From an uncultured Bacillota bacterium (GTDB lineage: Bacteria > Sysuimicrobiota > Sysuimicrobiia > Sysuimicrobiales > Segetimicrobiaceae), in assembly GCA_963804645.1 (NCBI GenBank), contig CAWDRG010000011.1, forward strand, positions 96,001-160,000: a DNA stretch of 64,000 nt, written 5' to 3'. The notes beneath the pieces are model-generated. The model did no database searches and was not told where the DNA came from. It saw only the letters and a list, made by a program, of their open reading frames with translations. Below, piece after piece: positions 1 to 9,776 of the stretch; positions within the stretch are counted from its first letter, which is position 1; every line of letters begins with the position of its first letter. The position numbers and the translations under genes are program-made.

Positions 1-1
1 C

Positions 2-586
2 GATGAGGTGATCAGTTTCCGCCTCGACTACCACGGCGCGCAGGCACGCTACGGCGTCCGCCCCGACCTGACCGTGCTTGGCAAGATCATCGGCGGGGGG
101 CTGCCCGTGGGCGCGTTCGGCGGCCGCGAGGAGATCATGGCGCTGTATGACCCGCGGCACCCGAGCGGGCTCGCCCACGGGGGCACGTTCAACGCCAACG
201 CCCTGACGGTCGCGGCCGGCGTGGCCGGGCTCGCGCTCCTCACCGCGCCCGAGATCGACCGGCTCAACGCCGAGGGCGACGAGCTGCGCGCACGCCTGCA
301 GGCTCTCTTCGACGCCTCCCCCGTCCCCGCGCGGGTCAGCGGCGTCGGATCCCTCTTGCAGGTGCACTTCACGGGCGGCGATGTCGCCGACTACCGGGAC
401 GGGGCGCGGGGCGACGTCGCCCTGTCGACCGCGTTCCATCTCGCGCTCTTGCTCGAGGGTGCGTTCGTCGCCCCGCGCGGCATGATGGCGCTCAGCCTGC
501 CGATGCGGAACGCGGAACTCGACGAGGCCGTCGGCACGGCCGGACGCGCGCTCGCCCGCCTCGTGGACGCCGGCGCGCCGCGCTGA
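2..586 (+). CDS. Class III aminotransferase (glutamate-1-semialdehyde aminomutase-like), 5'-truncated by window edge
   Basis: DEVISFR...PDLTVLGKIIGGGLPVGAFGG (PLP Lys motif) and HGGTFNAN; frame is open to the window start. Confidence 0.85.
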   Translation, partial: DEVISFRLDYHGAQARYGVRPDLTVLGKIIGGGLPVGAFGGREEIMALYDPRHPSGLAHGGTFNANALTVAAGVAGLALLTAPEIDRLNAEGDELRARLQALFDASPVPARVSGVGSLLQVHFTGGDVADYRDGARGDVALSTAFHLALLLEGAFVAPRGMMALSLPMRNAELDEAVGTAGRALARLVDAGAPR

Positions 587-783
587 CGACCGGCCCCGAC
601 GCCTGCGGTCGGGCTGAGTTCTGGAAGGGTGCGGCCGCCGCGCGGCCGAACCCTTCGGGCGTTCCCGGAGACGCCGGGCTCCACCCTTCCAACACGGTAT
701 GCCGCCGGCGTGGGGCAGTATCCCAGCGCGCACAGCACCCGCGGGCCAGCCGCTTCGGCCCGCGGGTTCGGGGAGGCGCCATC

Positions 784-1770
784 GTGAGCACGCCAGGGCA
801 CCCGCTCTCGATCTTTGTCACGGCGCCCGGCGCGTCGAGCGCGTCGGGCGCGCCGGGCGCCGTCGATGAGCGCGTCGCCAAGATCCAGGCCGCGGTCCCC
901 GGCGTTGAGTGCCGGGCATTCCGTCAGGCGGCCGAGATGGCCCCGTACATCCAGGACGCCGATGTGATCCTCGGGTTCGTCGGCGAGGAACTCCTGCCGC
1001 GGGCCACGCGACTGCGGTGGGTCCATTCGCCCGCCGCGGGCCCCGACGACCTCCTGTACCCGGACATGGTCGCGAGCGAGGTCGTCGTGACGTGCTCGAA
1101 AGGCAACGGCGCCGTCCCGCTGGCGGAATACGCCATCATGATGATGCTCATGCTCAGCCGCAGCGCGGTGCGCGCGGTGCATGCCCACGACGAGCATCGC
1201 TGGGACCGCTTCGCCCACCCCGAACTCAACGGCCAGACCTGCGGGATCATCGGCCTCGGCTACTCGGGGCTCGATCTGGCGCTCAAGGCCAAGGCGTTCC
1301 ACATGCGCGTCCTCGGCGTCCGCCGGACGGATCGGCCCGCGCCGAACGTCGACGCGCTGTTCCCGAGGGCGCGGCTGCGGGCATTCCTGAGCCAGTCGGA
1401 TTTCGTCGTCGTGACGGCGCCCCGCACCCCGGAGACGATCGGGATGCTCGGCGAGGCGGAGTTCCGCGCGATGAAGCGCTCCGCCTACTACATCTGCTTC
1501 TCCCGGGGGGGCATCGCCGACGACGCGGCGCTGCTGCGCGCCCTCACGGAGGGATGGATCGCCGGCGCCGGGCTGGACGCGCACAGCGAGGAACCGCTCC
1601 CGCCCGACAGCCCGTTTTGGACGGCCCCGAACACGCTCGTCACGCCCCACAACGGCGCGACGAGCTTCGCGACCCCGGAGCGCGGGCTGGAGATTTTCAT
1701 CGACAACCTGAGGCGCTACCTCGCCGGCCAGCCCCTCCGCAACGTCGTCGACAAGCGCGCCGGCTACTGA
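784..1770 (+). CDS. D-2-hydroxyacid dehydrogenase family protein
   Basis: GIIGLGYSG Rossmann motif, SRGG, GAGLDAHSEEPL, TPHNG, C-terminal NVVDKRAGY. Confidence 0.9.
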   Translation: MSTPGHPLSIFVTAPGASSASGAPGAVDERVAKIQAAVPGVECRAFRQAAEMAPYIQDADVILGFVGEELLPRATRLRWVHSPAAGPDDLLYPDMVASEVVVTCSKGNGAVPLAEYAIMMMLMLSRSAVRAVHAHDEHRWDRFAHPELNGQTCGIIGLGYSGLDLALKAKAFHMRVLGVRRTDRPAPNVDALFPRARLRAFLSQSDFVVVTAPRTPETIGMLGEAEFRAMKRSAYYICFSRGGIADDAALLRALTEGWIAGAGLDAHSEEPLPPDSPFWTAPNTLVTPHNGATSFATPERGLEIFIDNLRRYLAGQPLRNVVDKRAGY

Positions 1771-1795
1771 AACCCCCGGCCCGGGAGGCTCCCCG

Positions 1796-3004
1796 ATGCG
1801 GATCACTGATCTCAGGGCCACGGTCGTGAAGGTATCCCGGTCGGAGTCGCTGTTTTCGGGCGGCGCCGGCGTGCGGGGCGTGGCGCGCCGCGCCCCCGAC
1901 TCGTCGTATCAGATCATCGACCCGTATCCGACCGTGTACTCGACGATGATCGAGACGCTGCTGATCTCCGTCGAGACCGACGCCGGCGTCACCGGCATCG
2001 GCGAAGGACAGTGTCCGGTCGCCCCCGAGGCCGGAGCGGTGCTGGCGGAGCGGCTCCTCCGCCCGCTCCTACTCGGCGAGGATCCCCTCCAGCGGGAGCA
2101 TCTCTACGGGCGGCTGTACTCGTCGATGCGCTGCCGGGGCCACGGCACGGGGTTCTTCGTGGACGTGGTCGCTGCGGTCGACAACGCGCTCTGGGACCTC
2201 GCCGGCCAGGCCGCGGACCAGCCCTGCTGGCATCTGCTCGGCGGCCGCGCGCGCGACCGGATCCCGGCGTACGTCTCGGGCCTCGTCGGCGAGACCCGCG
2301 ACGCCCGGGTGCGCGAGGCGCTGGGGTACCGGGATCAGGGGTTCCACGCGCTGAAGATCTTCGGGGGACACGGCGCGGACGAGGATCTCGCGGAAGCTGC
2401 GGCGCTGCGGGAGGCGCTCGGACCCGACGTCGCTCTGTGCGTCGACCCGCAGTGGATGTACGACCCCCCGACGGCGATCCGGCTCGGCCGGGCCCTCGAG
2501 CGCCTGGGCGTGCTGTTCTTCGAGACCCCGGTCGCGCCCGAGGACGTGCGCGGCACCGCGGCGGTGGCGCGCGCGCTCGACGTGCCCGTCGCCGGGGGCG
2601 AGTGCGAGCGCACGCGCTACCAGTTTCTGCCGTGGCTGGAGGCGGACGCGCTCGATATCGTGCAGATCGACGTCGGGCGCTGCGGCACCACGGAGGCGAG
2701 GAACATCGCGCTGCTCGCGGGTGCGTACCAGCGGCCGATCACCCTGCATCTCGGGGTCGGCCTGTTCGGCTACATCGCGGCGTCGCTGCAGCTCGCGGCC
2801 TGGGCGCCGAACCTGCTGCTGGTGGAATACCAGCCGCAGATGGTCGCGCTCGCCTCCACGCTGCTCGAGGAGCCGTTCACCATCGAGGCGGGCGCGTTCG
2901 TCGTCCCGCCGAGGCCCGGCATCGGCGTGCGGGTGAACCAGGACGCGCTCGAGCCCCACATCGTCCGGCCGCGCGGAGGCCGATGGCGGGACGTGACCGA
3001 GTGA
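1796..3004 (+). CDS. Mandelate racemase/muconate lactonizing enzyme (enolase superfamily)
   Basis: VETDAGVTGIGE, AVDNALWDLAG, metal-ligand D/E/E pattern (VDPQ, FETP, GGE), C-terminal PGIGV. Confidence 0.9.
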   Translation: MRITDLRATVVKVSRSESLFSGGAGVRGVARRAPDSSYQIIDPYPTVYSTMIETLLISVETDAGVTGIGEGQCPVAPEAGAVLAERLLRPLLLGEDPLQREHLYGRLYSSMRCRGHGTGFFVDVVAAVDNALWDLAGQAADQPCWHLLGGRARDRIPAYVSGLVGETRDARVREALGYRDQGFHALKIFGGHGADEDLAEAAALREALGPDVALCVDPQWMYDPPTAIRLGRALERLGVLFFETPVAPEDVRGTAAVARALDVPVAGGECERTRYQFLPWLEADALDIVQIDVGRCGTTEARNIALLAGAYQRPITLHLGVGLFGYIAASLQLAAWAPNLLLVEYQPQMVALASTLLEEPFTIEAGAFVVPPRPGIGVRVNQDALEPHIVRPRGGRWRDVTE

Positions 3005-3042
3005 CCGGCGGAACAGATCCGAGCATCCGGGAGGCGAGATCG

Positions 3043-3915
3043 ATGTCGGAATCGCTGCGCGATCGCGCAGTACGAGAGTACCGCTACGACGCCCTGACGT
3101 GGCAGGAGATCAACGAAGCGGTCGAGCTCAAGAAGGTATTGATTCTCCCGATCGGCGCCACGGAACAGCACGGGCACCATCTCCCGCTGGAGACCGACAC
3201 GAAGCAGGCGACCGCGTTCGCGCTCGAAGCCGGACGCCGCTCCCCGGAAGACCTGCTCGTCCTCCCCGCGGTGGCCTACGGGTACACGCACCACGTCATG
3301 GATTTTCCGGGCACGGTGACGGTCGAACCGAGCACCTTCATCCGACTGCTCCTCGACATCGGCCGCTCGGTCGCGTACCACGGGTTCAAGCGCATCATCA
3401 TGCTCAACGGGCACGGCTCGAATCAGCCGCTGGTCGAGGCCGCGGCGCGGCAGGTCACGCTGCAGACCGACGCGGTCTGCATGTCGCTCGGGTGGTGGCA
3501 GCTCGGCGGCGCGTACTGGAACACGATCCGCACCTCCGGCATGGGCGGGAGCGCGCATGCGTGCGAGATGGAAACATCCGTGCTCTGGCACGTGGACCCG
3601 GACGCGGTGCGCACCGACCGGATCGCCGGCCAGATCCCGGGGTACATGACGCTGCCCGGGGCCGACCGGTGGCACTACCGCGATATCACGCTCGGCTCGG
3701 GTCCGGCGGGCCTGATGGACTGGACCTCGTCGTTCTCGGAAACCGGGTCCAACGGCCTACCGCAGCACGCCACGCCCGAGAAAGGACGCCTCCTGTTCGA
3801 GCACATCGTGGGCCAGCTGATCGAGCTCGTCCGGTGGTTCAGGACGCGGCCCGAGCTGACACGCGTCGACCACCACACGCGCACGCCGACGTTCGGACTG
3901 CCGTTCGACTTCTGA
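3043..3915 (+). CDS. Creatininase family protein
   Basis: LPIGATEQHGHHLPLETD, NGHGSN, HACEMETS; ATG 3043 after GGGAGG. The upstream part of the 2011 ORF is spurious. Confidence 0.9.
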   Translation: MSESLRDRAVREYRYDALTWQEINEAVELKKVLILPIGATEQHGHHLPLETDTKQATAFALEAGRRSPEDLLVLPAVAYGYTHHVMDFPGTVTVEPSTFIRLLLDIGRSVAYHGFKRIIMLNGHGSNQPLVEAAARQVTLQTDAVCMSLGWWQLGGAYWNTIRTSGMGGSAHACEMETSVLWHVDPDAVRTDRIAGQIPGYMTLPGADRWHYRDITLGSGPAGLMDWTSSFSETGSNGLPQHATPEKGRLLFEHIVGQLIELVRWFRTRPELTRVDHHTRTPTFGLPFDF

Positions 3916-3946
3916 GCGCGCCGCGGGAGCGTCGGGCGCGCCCGCG

Positions 3947-4669
3947 TCACCGCAGCGCCGCGCCGACGCCGAGCACGCCGACGACGGCGAGAAAGCCGAG
4001 GACCAGCCGCTCGAACCCTCGGTCCGACAGGCGGTGCGCCAGGAGCAGGCCCCCGGCGAATCCGACCGCGAGCGCCGGGAGCAGGCGTGCGGCAAACCGG
4101 ACGGTGGCCCCGTCGATCGTGCCCCCGAGCGCGAGCAGCACGACGCTCGTGAGGCTGGACAGAAAGACGTACACGACCATGTTGCTTCGAAATCCGCCTT
4201 TGGTCAGTCCCCGCGCGACGAGATACAGCGCGACCGGCGGGCCGCTCAGGCTGGTGCTGGTCGCCAGCACGCCGCTGAGCGCGCCGACGACCGCGGTCTG
4301 CGCGAAGCTCGTCCCCAGGCGCGGGCGCACGTTGGCAAGCATCGCCACCGCAAACGCCGCCGTGAGCCCCGCGATCGCGGCCTTGAGGGCCTGCGGGCGT
4401 CCCCACCACAGCAGTACCAGGCCGATCGGCATCCCGCACAGGCTCGAGAGATAGAGCGGGCGGACGACGGCCCAATCGACCGTTCGGCGGACCGCCGGCT
4501 GGAGCGTGAGCAGGCCGCTCGCGCAGACGCCGAGCAGTAGCGTCAACACCACCACCCGGGGCGCCGGATACAAGAAGGTCAGCAGCGGCGCGCTCAGCAG
4601 GTTGAACCCGAATCCCGTGGACGCGGCGGCGGCCGCGGCGAGCGCGATGACCAGCGCGGGCACGGTCAC
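3947..4669 (-). CDS. Sulfite exporter TauE/SafE family membrane protein
   Basis: TGFGFNLLSAPLL, SLSGPP motif, ~8 hydrophobic segments; GTG start approximate. Confidence 0.8.
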   Translation of the reverse strand: MTVPALVIALAAAAAASTGFGFNLLSAPLLTFLYPAPRVVVLTLLLGVCASGLLTLQPAVRRTVDWAVVRPLYLSSLCGMPIGLVLLWWGRPQALKAAIAGLTAAFAVAMLANVRPRLGTSFAQTAVVGALSGVLATSTSLSGPPVALYLVARGLTKGGFRSNMVVYVFLSSLTSVVLLALGGTIDGATVRFAARLLPALAVGFAGGLLLAHRLSDRGFERLVLGFLAVVGVLGVGAALR

Positions 4670-4709
4670 GCCCGGCACCCGAACGCCGCCGGGCCCGGGC
4701 GCGGCGCGG

Positions 4710-5633
4710 TCACGCGGGGGGCGGCGCGGGCAGAAGGTCCGCGGCGCCGATGAGCCGGCGAAAGGTCCGCGCCGTCTGCTCGTCCCACCCGCTCCGAATC
4801 GGCCCGCGGACGAACGGGGACCGGATCGTCCCGCGGAGCACGAGCAGCTCCTTGACCGCGCGCTGACCGCCGAGATGCGTCTCGAACGCGATGAGCGGCA
4901 GGTACCGCGCCAGGACATCCGCGGCCTCCCGCACGTCGCCCGCGCGGTAGCGGTCGAGCACGCGCACGAACACTTCCGGGAGCAGGCTGCTCGGCATCGT
5001 CCCGGCGGCCCCCTGCTCGAGCTCTTCGAGAAACACAATGCCGCCCGTCCCGCCAAAGATGCTCTGCACCGCGCCCGCGCCCAACCGCCGCATCTGACCG
5101 ATCTTGACCGGCGCCCGCATCGACTCGACCTTGAAGCAGGTGAGCCGGTCCACGGTCCGGGCGAGATCCACTAGAAACGGGGCGGGCATCGTAATCCCGC
5201 TGAGCGGATGATCCTGGAGGATCAAAGGGACGGTGGTCGCGCGCGCGAGGGCCTCACTGTGCCGGCGGATCCCCTCGAGATCCGACAGCCACTGCCCGAA
5301 GAACGGCGGGAGAAACATCACCGCGGCGGCCCCAAGATCCTCCGCCTCGCGCGCGTACCGCACCGCCCCGACGGTGCTCGGATGGTTGCACGTCGCCACC
5401 ACCGGGACGCGTCCCGCGGCATGCCTGACCACCGACGCGATGACGCGGGTGCGCTCCCCGTCGGACAGCGCGTACCCTTCGCTGGCGTTGGCCAGCACCA
5501 CCAGCCCGTGAACGCCCGCCCGAAGCAGCGCATCGATTGTGTCGAGCTGCCCCGCCTCGTCGAGCTCCCCGCGATCGTCGAAAATCGTGGGGACGATCGG
5601 GAAGATACCGTCCAGGGCGCGTGCGTTCAGCAT
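4710..5633 (-). CDS. DapA/DHDPS-family lyase, L-2-keto-3-deoxyarabonate dehydratase (AraD)-like
   Basis: GIFPIVPTIFD, LANASEGY in place of GTTGE, ILQDHP, Schiff-base Lys in FKVES. Confidence 0.8.
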   Translation of the reverse strand: MLNARALDGIFPIVPTIFDDRGELDEAGQLDTIDALLRAGVHGLVVLANASEGYALSDGERTRVIASVVRHAAGRVPVVATCNHPSTVGAVRYAREAEDLGAAAVMFLPPFFGQWLSDLEGIRRHSEALARATTVPLILQDHPLSGITMPAPFLVDLARTVDRLTCFKVESMRAPVKIGQMRRLGAGAVQSIFGGTGGIVFLEELEQGAAGTMPSSLLPEVFVRVLDRYRAGDVREAADVLARYLPLIAFETHLGGQRAVKELLVLRGTIRSPFVRGPIRSGWDEQTARTFRRLIGAADLLPAPPPA

Positions 5634-5783
5634 CGAGGTTCCATGCTTCTCCCCGCCGCCACCCTTCCCCCTGGTGCAACTTTTTCTCGCGCCGTGACGC
5701 TTAGGAGTGGCGGTCCCGGCTCAACGCGCCATCCATCGACGGCCAATCTATCGAATATTCTCTAGAACCGCCGGTAAAGGATA

Positions 5784-5801
5784 CCTTAGGAGGCCCTAAG
5801 G
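5784..5801. promoter_or_regulatory. Palindromic TTAGG-N4-CCTAA operator (DtxR/MntR-family-like), copy 1
   Basis: CCTTAGG-AGGC-CCTAAGG upstream of the FTR1 permease gene. Confidence 0.55.
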
Positions 5802-5848
5802 CACGGCCCGCCTGGCCGTGCGCAATCAAGAATACAGTGCCGGGCTGA

Positions 5849-5876
5849 TTGACGCGATGGGAGGATTGAATACAAT
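5849..5876 (+). promoter_or_regulatory. Sigma70-type promoter for the FTR1 gene
   Basis: TTGACG (5849-54), 16 nt spacer, TACAAT (5871-76) in an AT-rich intergenic region. Confidence 0.5.
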
Positions 5877-5902
5877 TGTTGAGAAATTTGGTATACAATC
5901 GA

Positions 5903-5916
5903 TTAGGTGGCCCTAA
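5903..5916. promoter_or_regulatory. Palindromic TTAGG-N4-CCTAA operator, copy 2
   Basis: TTAGG-TGGC-CCTAA between the promoter and the start codon. Confidence 0.55.
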
Positions 5917-5972
5917 CGAAAGGCCGCCGAGACCGGGGGCCGGGGGCTCAGGCATGGCGTGGCAGCGCCTAA

Positions 5973-6920
5973 ATGCGAGGTCGGTATTTATCGCGACTGG
6001 CTTCGCTGCTGGTCGTCGGGCTCTTCGTCTGGCAGGGGCTGACGGCCCATGGGAATCCGGACCCGACGAACAAGCACCTCACCCCGCTCGCGGCCGTGGT
6101 CGATACCGGCATCTTGGTATTCCGGGAGGGCCTCGAGTCGATTCTCGTGCTGTCCGCCATCACTGCGAGCCTGTCTCGGACCGACCGGCGGTGGGGCCAG
6201 CCGGTCGCGGCGGGAGCCGGGCTGGCGTTTCTCACGACGATCGCGACGTGGTTTGTGGTCGTCGCGATCCTCGCCGATGTGAACGCCCCCGAGCTGGACC
6301 TGCAGGCCGCGACCGGCCTGCTCGCGGTCGTCGTGCTGCTCGTGATCATGAACTGGTTCTTCCATAAAGTTTACTGGAAGGGGTGGATCACCCAGCACAC
6401 CCGGACGGAACGCGCGCTGCTCGACAACCCGTCCACGCCGGGCTCGGTGATCTTCCGGGGGCTCCTGCTGCTTGGGTTCGCCTCGGTCTACCGTGAGGGG
6501 TTCGAAGTGGTGCTGTTCCTCCAAAGCCTGCGGCTCCAGGTCGGGACGCACATCGTGCTGCTCGGCAGCGTGATCGGCGTGGCGCTGACCCTGGTCGTCG
6601 CCACGGTGAACTTCGTCTACCACCACCGCCTCCCGTACCGCAAGATGCTGATTCTGACCGGCATCCTGCTCGGCGGCGTGCTGCTCGTCATGGTCGGCGA
6701 GACCGTTCAGGAGATGCAGCAGGCGGGCTGGATCGCCACCACCAAGCTCCTGCACTTCGAACTGCCGGACTGGATGAACGTCTGGTTCTCCCTGTACAAC
6801 AGCCGCGAGAGCATCACGGCGCAGCTGTTGGCGTTCCTCTTCGTCGTCGGATCGTATCTGATGGCGACCCGCACGCGGGTCGGCCGGGCCGCTCGCGAGG
6901 CCGTCGCGCGCCCCAACTAG
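5973..6920 (+). CDS. FTR1/EfeU family iron permease
   Basis: Two RExxE motifs (FREGLE, YREGFE) and multiple TM helices. Confidence 0.9.
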   Translation: MRGRYLSRLASLLVVGLFVWQGLTAHGNPDPTNKHLTPLAAVVDTGILVFREGLESILVLSAITASLSRTDRRWGQPVAAGAGLAFLTTIATWFVVVAILADVNAPELDLQAATGLLAVVVLLVIMNWFFHKVYWKGWITQHTRTERALLDNPSTPGSVIFRGLLLLGFASVYREGFEVVLFLQSLRLQVGTHIVLLGSVIGVALTLVVATVNFVYHHRLPYRKMLILTGILLGGVLLVMVGETVQEMQQAGWIATTKLLHFELPDWMNVWFSLYNSRESITAQLLAFLFVVGSYLMATRTRVGRAAREAVARPN

Positions 6921-7112
6921 GCCGCAGGCGGCCGGGCTCCGGCGCGCGCAGTGCCACGTGATTAGTCACGCCCGCGTTGGCCCGTGGCCTCATCGAGTGC
7001 AGACGCTCTGCTTGGCCGCAACCACCCAGGGACAGGAACGACAGTCAAGAACGGGGAAAATGCGCGCTGCAGGGTGCCGTGCTGCCGTAGCGTCACACTC
7101 CGCGGGGGCCGA

Positions 7113-7901
7113 ATGAGCACCGTTCGAATCGCACTCGCCAACATCCGCTTCCCGTCGACTCCCGAGGAGTCGGTGGCGTTGGCCGAAGAGGCCATCGGCG
7201 ACGCGGCCAGTGAGCGTGCCGACCTGATCTGCTTTCCCGAATGCTACATTCCGGGCTACCGCGCCATGGGGAAGCAGATACCGCCACCCGATCCTGGGTT
7301 CCTCGAACGAGCCTGGTCCGCCATCGCCGCGGCCGCGGCGAAGCACTCTCTCGCCGTGGTGCTCGGCACCGAACGCGTCGTGGATCGCGCCTTGTTGATC
7401 ACTGCGCTGGTCATCGCTCGAGACGGGACCATGGTCGGGTTCCAAGATAAAGAGCAACTCGACCCCTCCGAGGAGGCCGTCTATGCGCCCGGGTCTGGGA
7501 GGCGGGTGTTCCAATCCGGTCCGCTGACATTCGGGATCGCGATCTGCCACGAGGGGTGGCGCTACCCGGAAACGGTCCGCTGGGCCGCCCGGCGCGGAGC
7601 ACACATCGTGTTCCACCCGCATTTCCACGAAGCCGAGCCCGGCGGGTACGTGCCATCGACCTTCGCCGATCCGGCGAACTCATTCCATGAAAAGGCGGTG
7701 TTGTGCCGCGCCGCCGAGAATACCTGCTACGTTGCGAGCGTGAACTGTGCAAGTGCTGGGTCGCCGACCACGTCGGCGGTGGTGCGGCCCGACGGGACGC
7801 TGCTCAGCTACCAGCCCTACGGGAAACACGGGCTGCTCATCGCCGACATCGACACCACTGCGGCCACGGGACTTCTCGCGGCCCGCTGCAAATCGGCCTA
7901 G
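7113..7901 (+). CDS. Carbon-nitrogen hydrolase (nitrilase superfamily)
   Basis: E-K-C triad: CFPEC, QDKEQL, IAICHE; also RAAENT. Confidence 0.9.
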   Translation: MSTVRIALANIRFPSTPEESVALAEEAIGDAASERADLICFPECYIPGYRAMGKQIPPPDPGFLERAWSAIAAAAAKHSLAVVLGTERVVDRALLITALVIARDGTMVGFQDKEQLDPSEEAVYAPGSGRRVFQSGPLTFGIAICHEGWRYPETVRWAARRGAHIVFHPHFHEAEPGGYVPSTFADPANSFHEKAVLCRAAENTCYVASVNCASAGSPTTSAVVRPDGTLLSYQPYGKHGLLIADIDTTAATGLLAARCKSA

Positions 7902-8083
7902 AGGCTCCCCCGCCTCCGACCCATTCGCGACGGCCGCCATCGCCGTGCCGCGGCCACCGGCAACGCCCTGCCGACCCACCCGAGTTGGAGCGACTCGGCC
8001 GGCACTGGAGCCTGGTCACCACAGTCGTCGTGATGAACCCACCGGCGACGTCCAACGTGCGCGGGCGCGAGGGCCGTCACGGC

Positions 8084-8626
8084 CTACGGCGCGTCCCAGA
8101 TGTGGTGAAACTCGCGCGCATACGCCTGGGCGACGGATGCGCTGTCAATGATCACCAGATTCTCCCAGTTCCGATCCTCGGCGCTGTACGTCCAATTGAA
8201 GCTCCCGGTGAGCACCCGGGCCTCGTCGACGACGGCAAACTTGTCGTGCAAGATCCCCGAGGCACCGCCGATACCGGCACGAATGCGCGCGTGGCTGCCG
8301 AAGATCTGCGCCATGCGGTAGCTTTGACTCCCCCGATCGTGCGATACACTCTGATCCATCAGCAACCACACGTCAACGTGGCGCTGCGAGGCGGCGACGA
8401 GGGCGTCCGCGATCTGCGTCTCCGTAAACTCGTAGATGGCAACGAGGATCTCGCGCCGCGCCGACGTAAACGCCCGCACGACGGCGTCCCCGGGCCGATC
8501 CTGAGGACTGAAGTACACCGTGATGGAGCCCGTCGCCGTGGACGACTGCCCGAGCGCCGGCGGCACGCCCGCCAGCATCAGCAGCACGAACACGATCGTG
8601 CACCCGCGGCAGGCGGTGCGCATCAC
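8084..8626 (-). CDS. Secreted PLD-family (Nuc-like) nuclease with a single HKD motif
   Basis: Signal peptide, YFSP, ILHDKFAVVD, TGSFNWT, NWENL. Confidence 0.85.
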   Translation of the reverse strand: MMRTACRGCTIVFVLLMLAGVPPALGQSSTATGSITVYFSPQDRPGDAVVRAFTSARREILVAIYEFTETQIADALVAASQRHVDVWLLMDQSVSHDRGSQSYRMAQIFGSHARIRAGIGGASGILHDKFAVVDEARVLTGSFNWTYSAEDRNWENLVIIDSASVAQAYAREFHHIWDAP

Positions 8627-8952
8627 GTGATCACTCCCTCATGCGCACGGCATCGGTGCGCGGACGGATGGTTCGGTTGAGATCGGCGAACCGGGCAGGG
8701 GCACAGATGAGGCACCCCGGCTGAGCCTGCGCAGGGTTACGCGCCTGACGGGCGGCACCCCTGCTTTCCGGGACGCACGGACCGGGCTCCCCATGCGCAC
8801 GCGACGGAGGAGACCGCGTGACGCGCATCGCAATCCACTACAGACAACTGGCGGCAGCACGGGTGGGAGGGCGTGATGGCGAAGACACGTGGTCACAAGG
8901 GTCCACGATTCGGTGTTGACGCGGACGGGAGCACGTCCCGCGGAGCGGCACG

Positions 8953-9726
8953 ATGACCACCAACCAGGCCAAGGCGAAACTCCGCGACGGCGGGACCGCG
9001 CTCGGGACGATGGTCTCGGAGATGCGCGATGAAGAAGTGGCGTATGTGCTGGCGGCCGCGGGCTTCGACTTCTTCGTGATCGACACCGAACACGGATCGG
9101 CCAACATGGAGACGGTCCAGCGGCTCTCCCGCGCGGCGCGCAGCGCCGGCATCGCGCCGCTCGTTCGCGTGACGGAGATCGGCTACTCGTTTATCGCGAG
9201 GACGTTGGATGCCGGCGCGATGGGCCTCATGGTCCCGCATGTCGAAACGGCCGACGACGCCCGAACGATCGTGCGGTACGCGAAGTTCCCGCCGGTTGGC
9301 GAGCGGGGGTTCGGGTTGAGAAGCGCCGTGACCGACTACTCGGGCGCGTCGGTCCCGGACGCGATCGCCTGGTCCAACGCGGAAACGATGGTGATGGCGC
9401 AAGTGGAAAGCCAGCGCTGCCTCGACAATTTGGAGGAGATCGCGGCGGTGCCGGGCATTGACGTTCTCCTCATCGGCCCGACCGATCTCAGCATCGCGCT
9501 CGGCGTGCCGGGGCAGCTGCTGCACCCGAAGATGGAGGACGCCTACCGGCGCGTGGCCGATGTCGCGACTCGCCACCACATCGCCGGAGGGGTCCATCCC
9601 GCCGACATCAAGGTCGTGCAGCGCGGCCGGGACCTCGGGCTGCGGTGTCTCATGTACTCCGCCGACATCCGTCTCTTATGGGTGGCCGCGCGGGATGCGG
9701 TGCAAGCTCTGCGTCCGCGATCGTGA
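8953..9726 (+). CDS. HpcH/HpaI aldolase family protein
   Basis: FDFFVIDTEHG, LDAGAMG, FPPVGERG, QVES, IGPTDLS. Confidence 0.9.
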   Translation: MTTNQAKAKLRDGGTALGTMVSEMRDEEVAYVLAAAGFDFFVIDTEHGSANMETVQRLSRAARSAGIAPLVRVTEIGYSFIARTLDAGAMGLMVPHVETADDARTIVRYAKFPPVGERGFGLRSAVTDYSGASVPDAIAWSNAETMVMAQVESQRCLDNLEEIAAVPGIDVLLIGPTDLSIALGVPGQLLHPKMEDAYRRVADVATRHHIAGGVHPADIKVVQRGRDLGLRCLMYSADIRLLWVAARDAVQALRPRS

Positions 9727-9776
9727 CGAGTGGGGCGGAGGCACAACCGTAGCGCGCGGGTCCCGCTCCCCGCGAG

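Noticed and set aside
2..586. hemL assignment
   Set aside because: Only the C-terminal part is visible and the context is catabolic, so a paralog is equally likely
8084..8626. PLD nuclease as part of an anti-phage defence system
   Set aside because: It has a signal peptide and no neighbouring helicase, methylase or other defence genes
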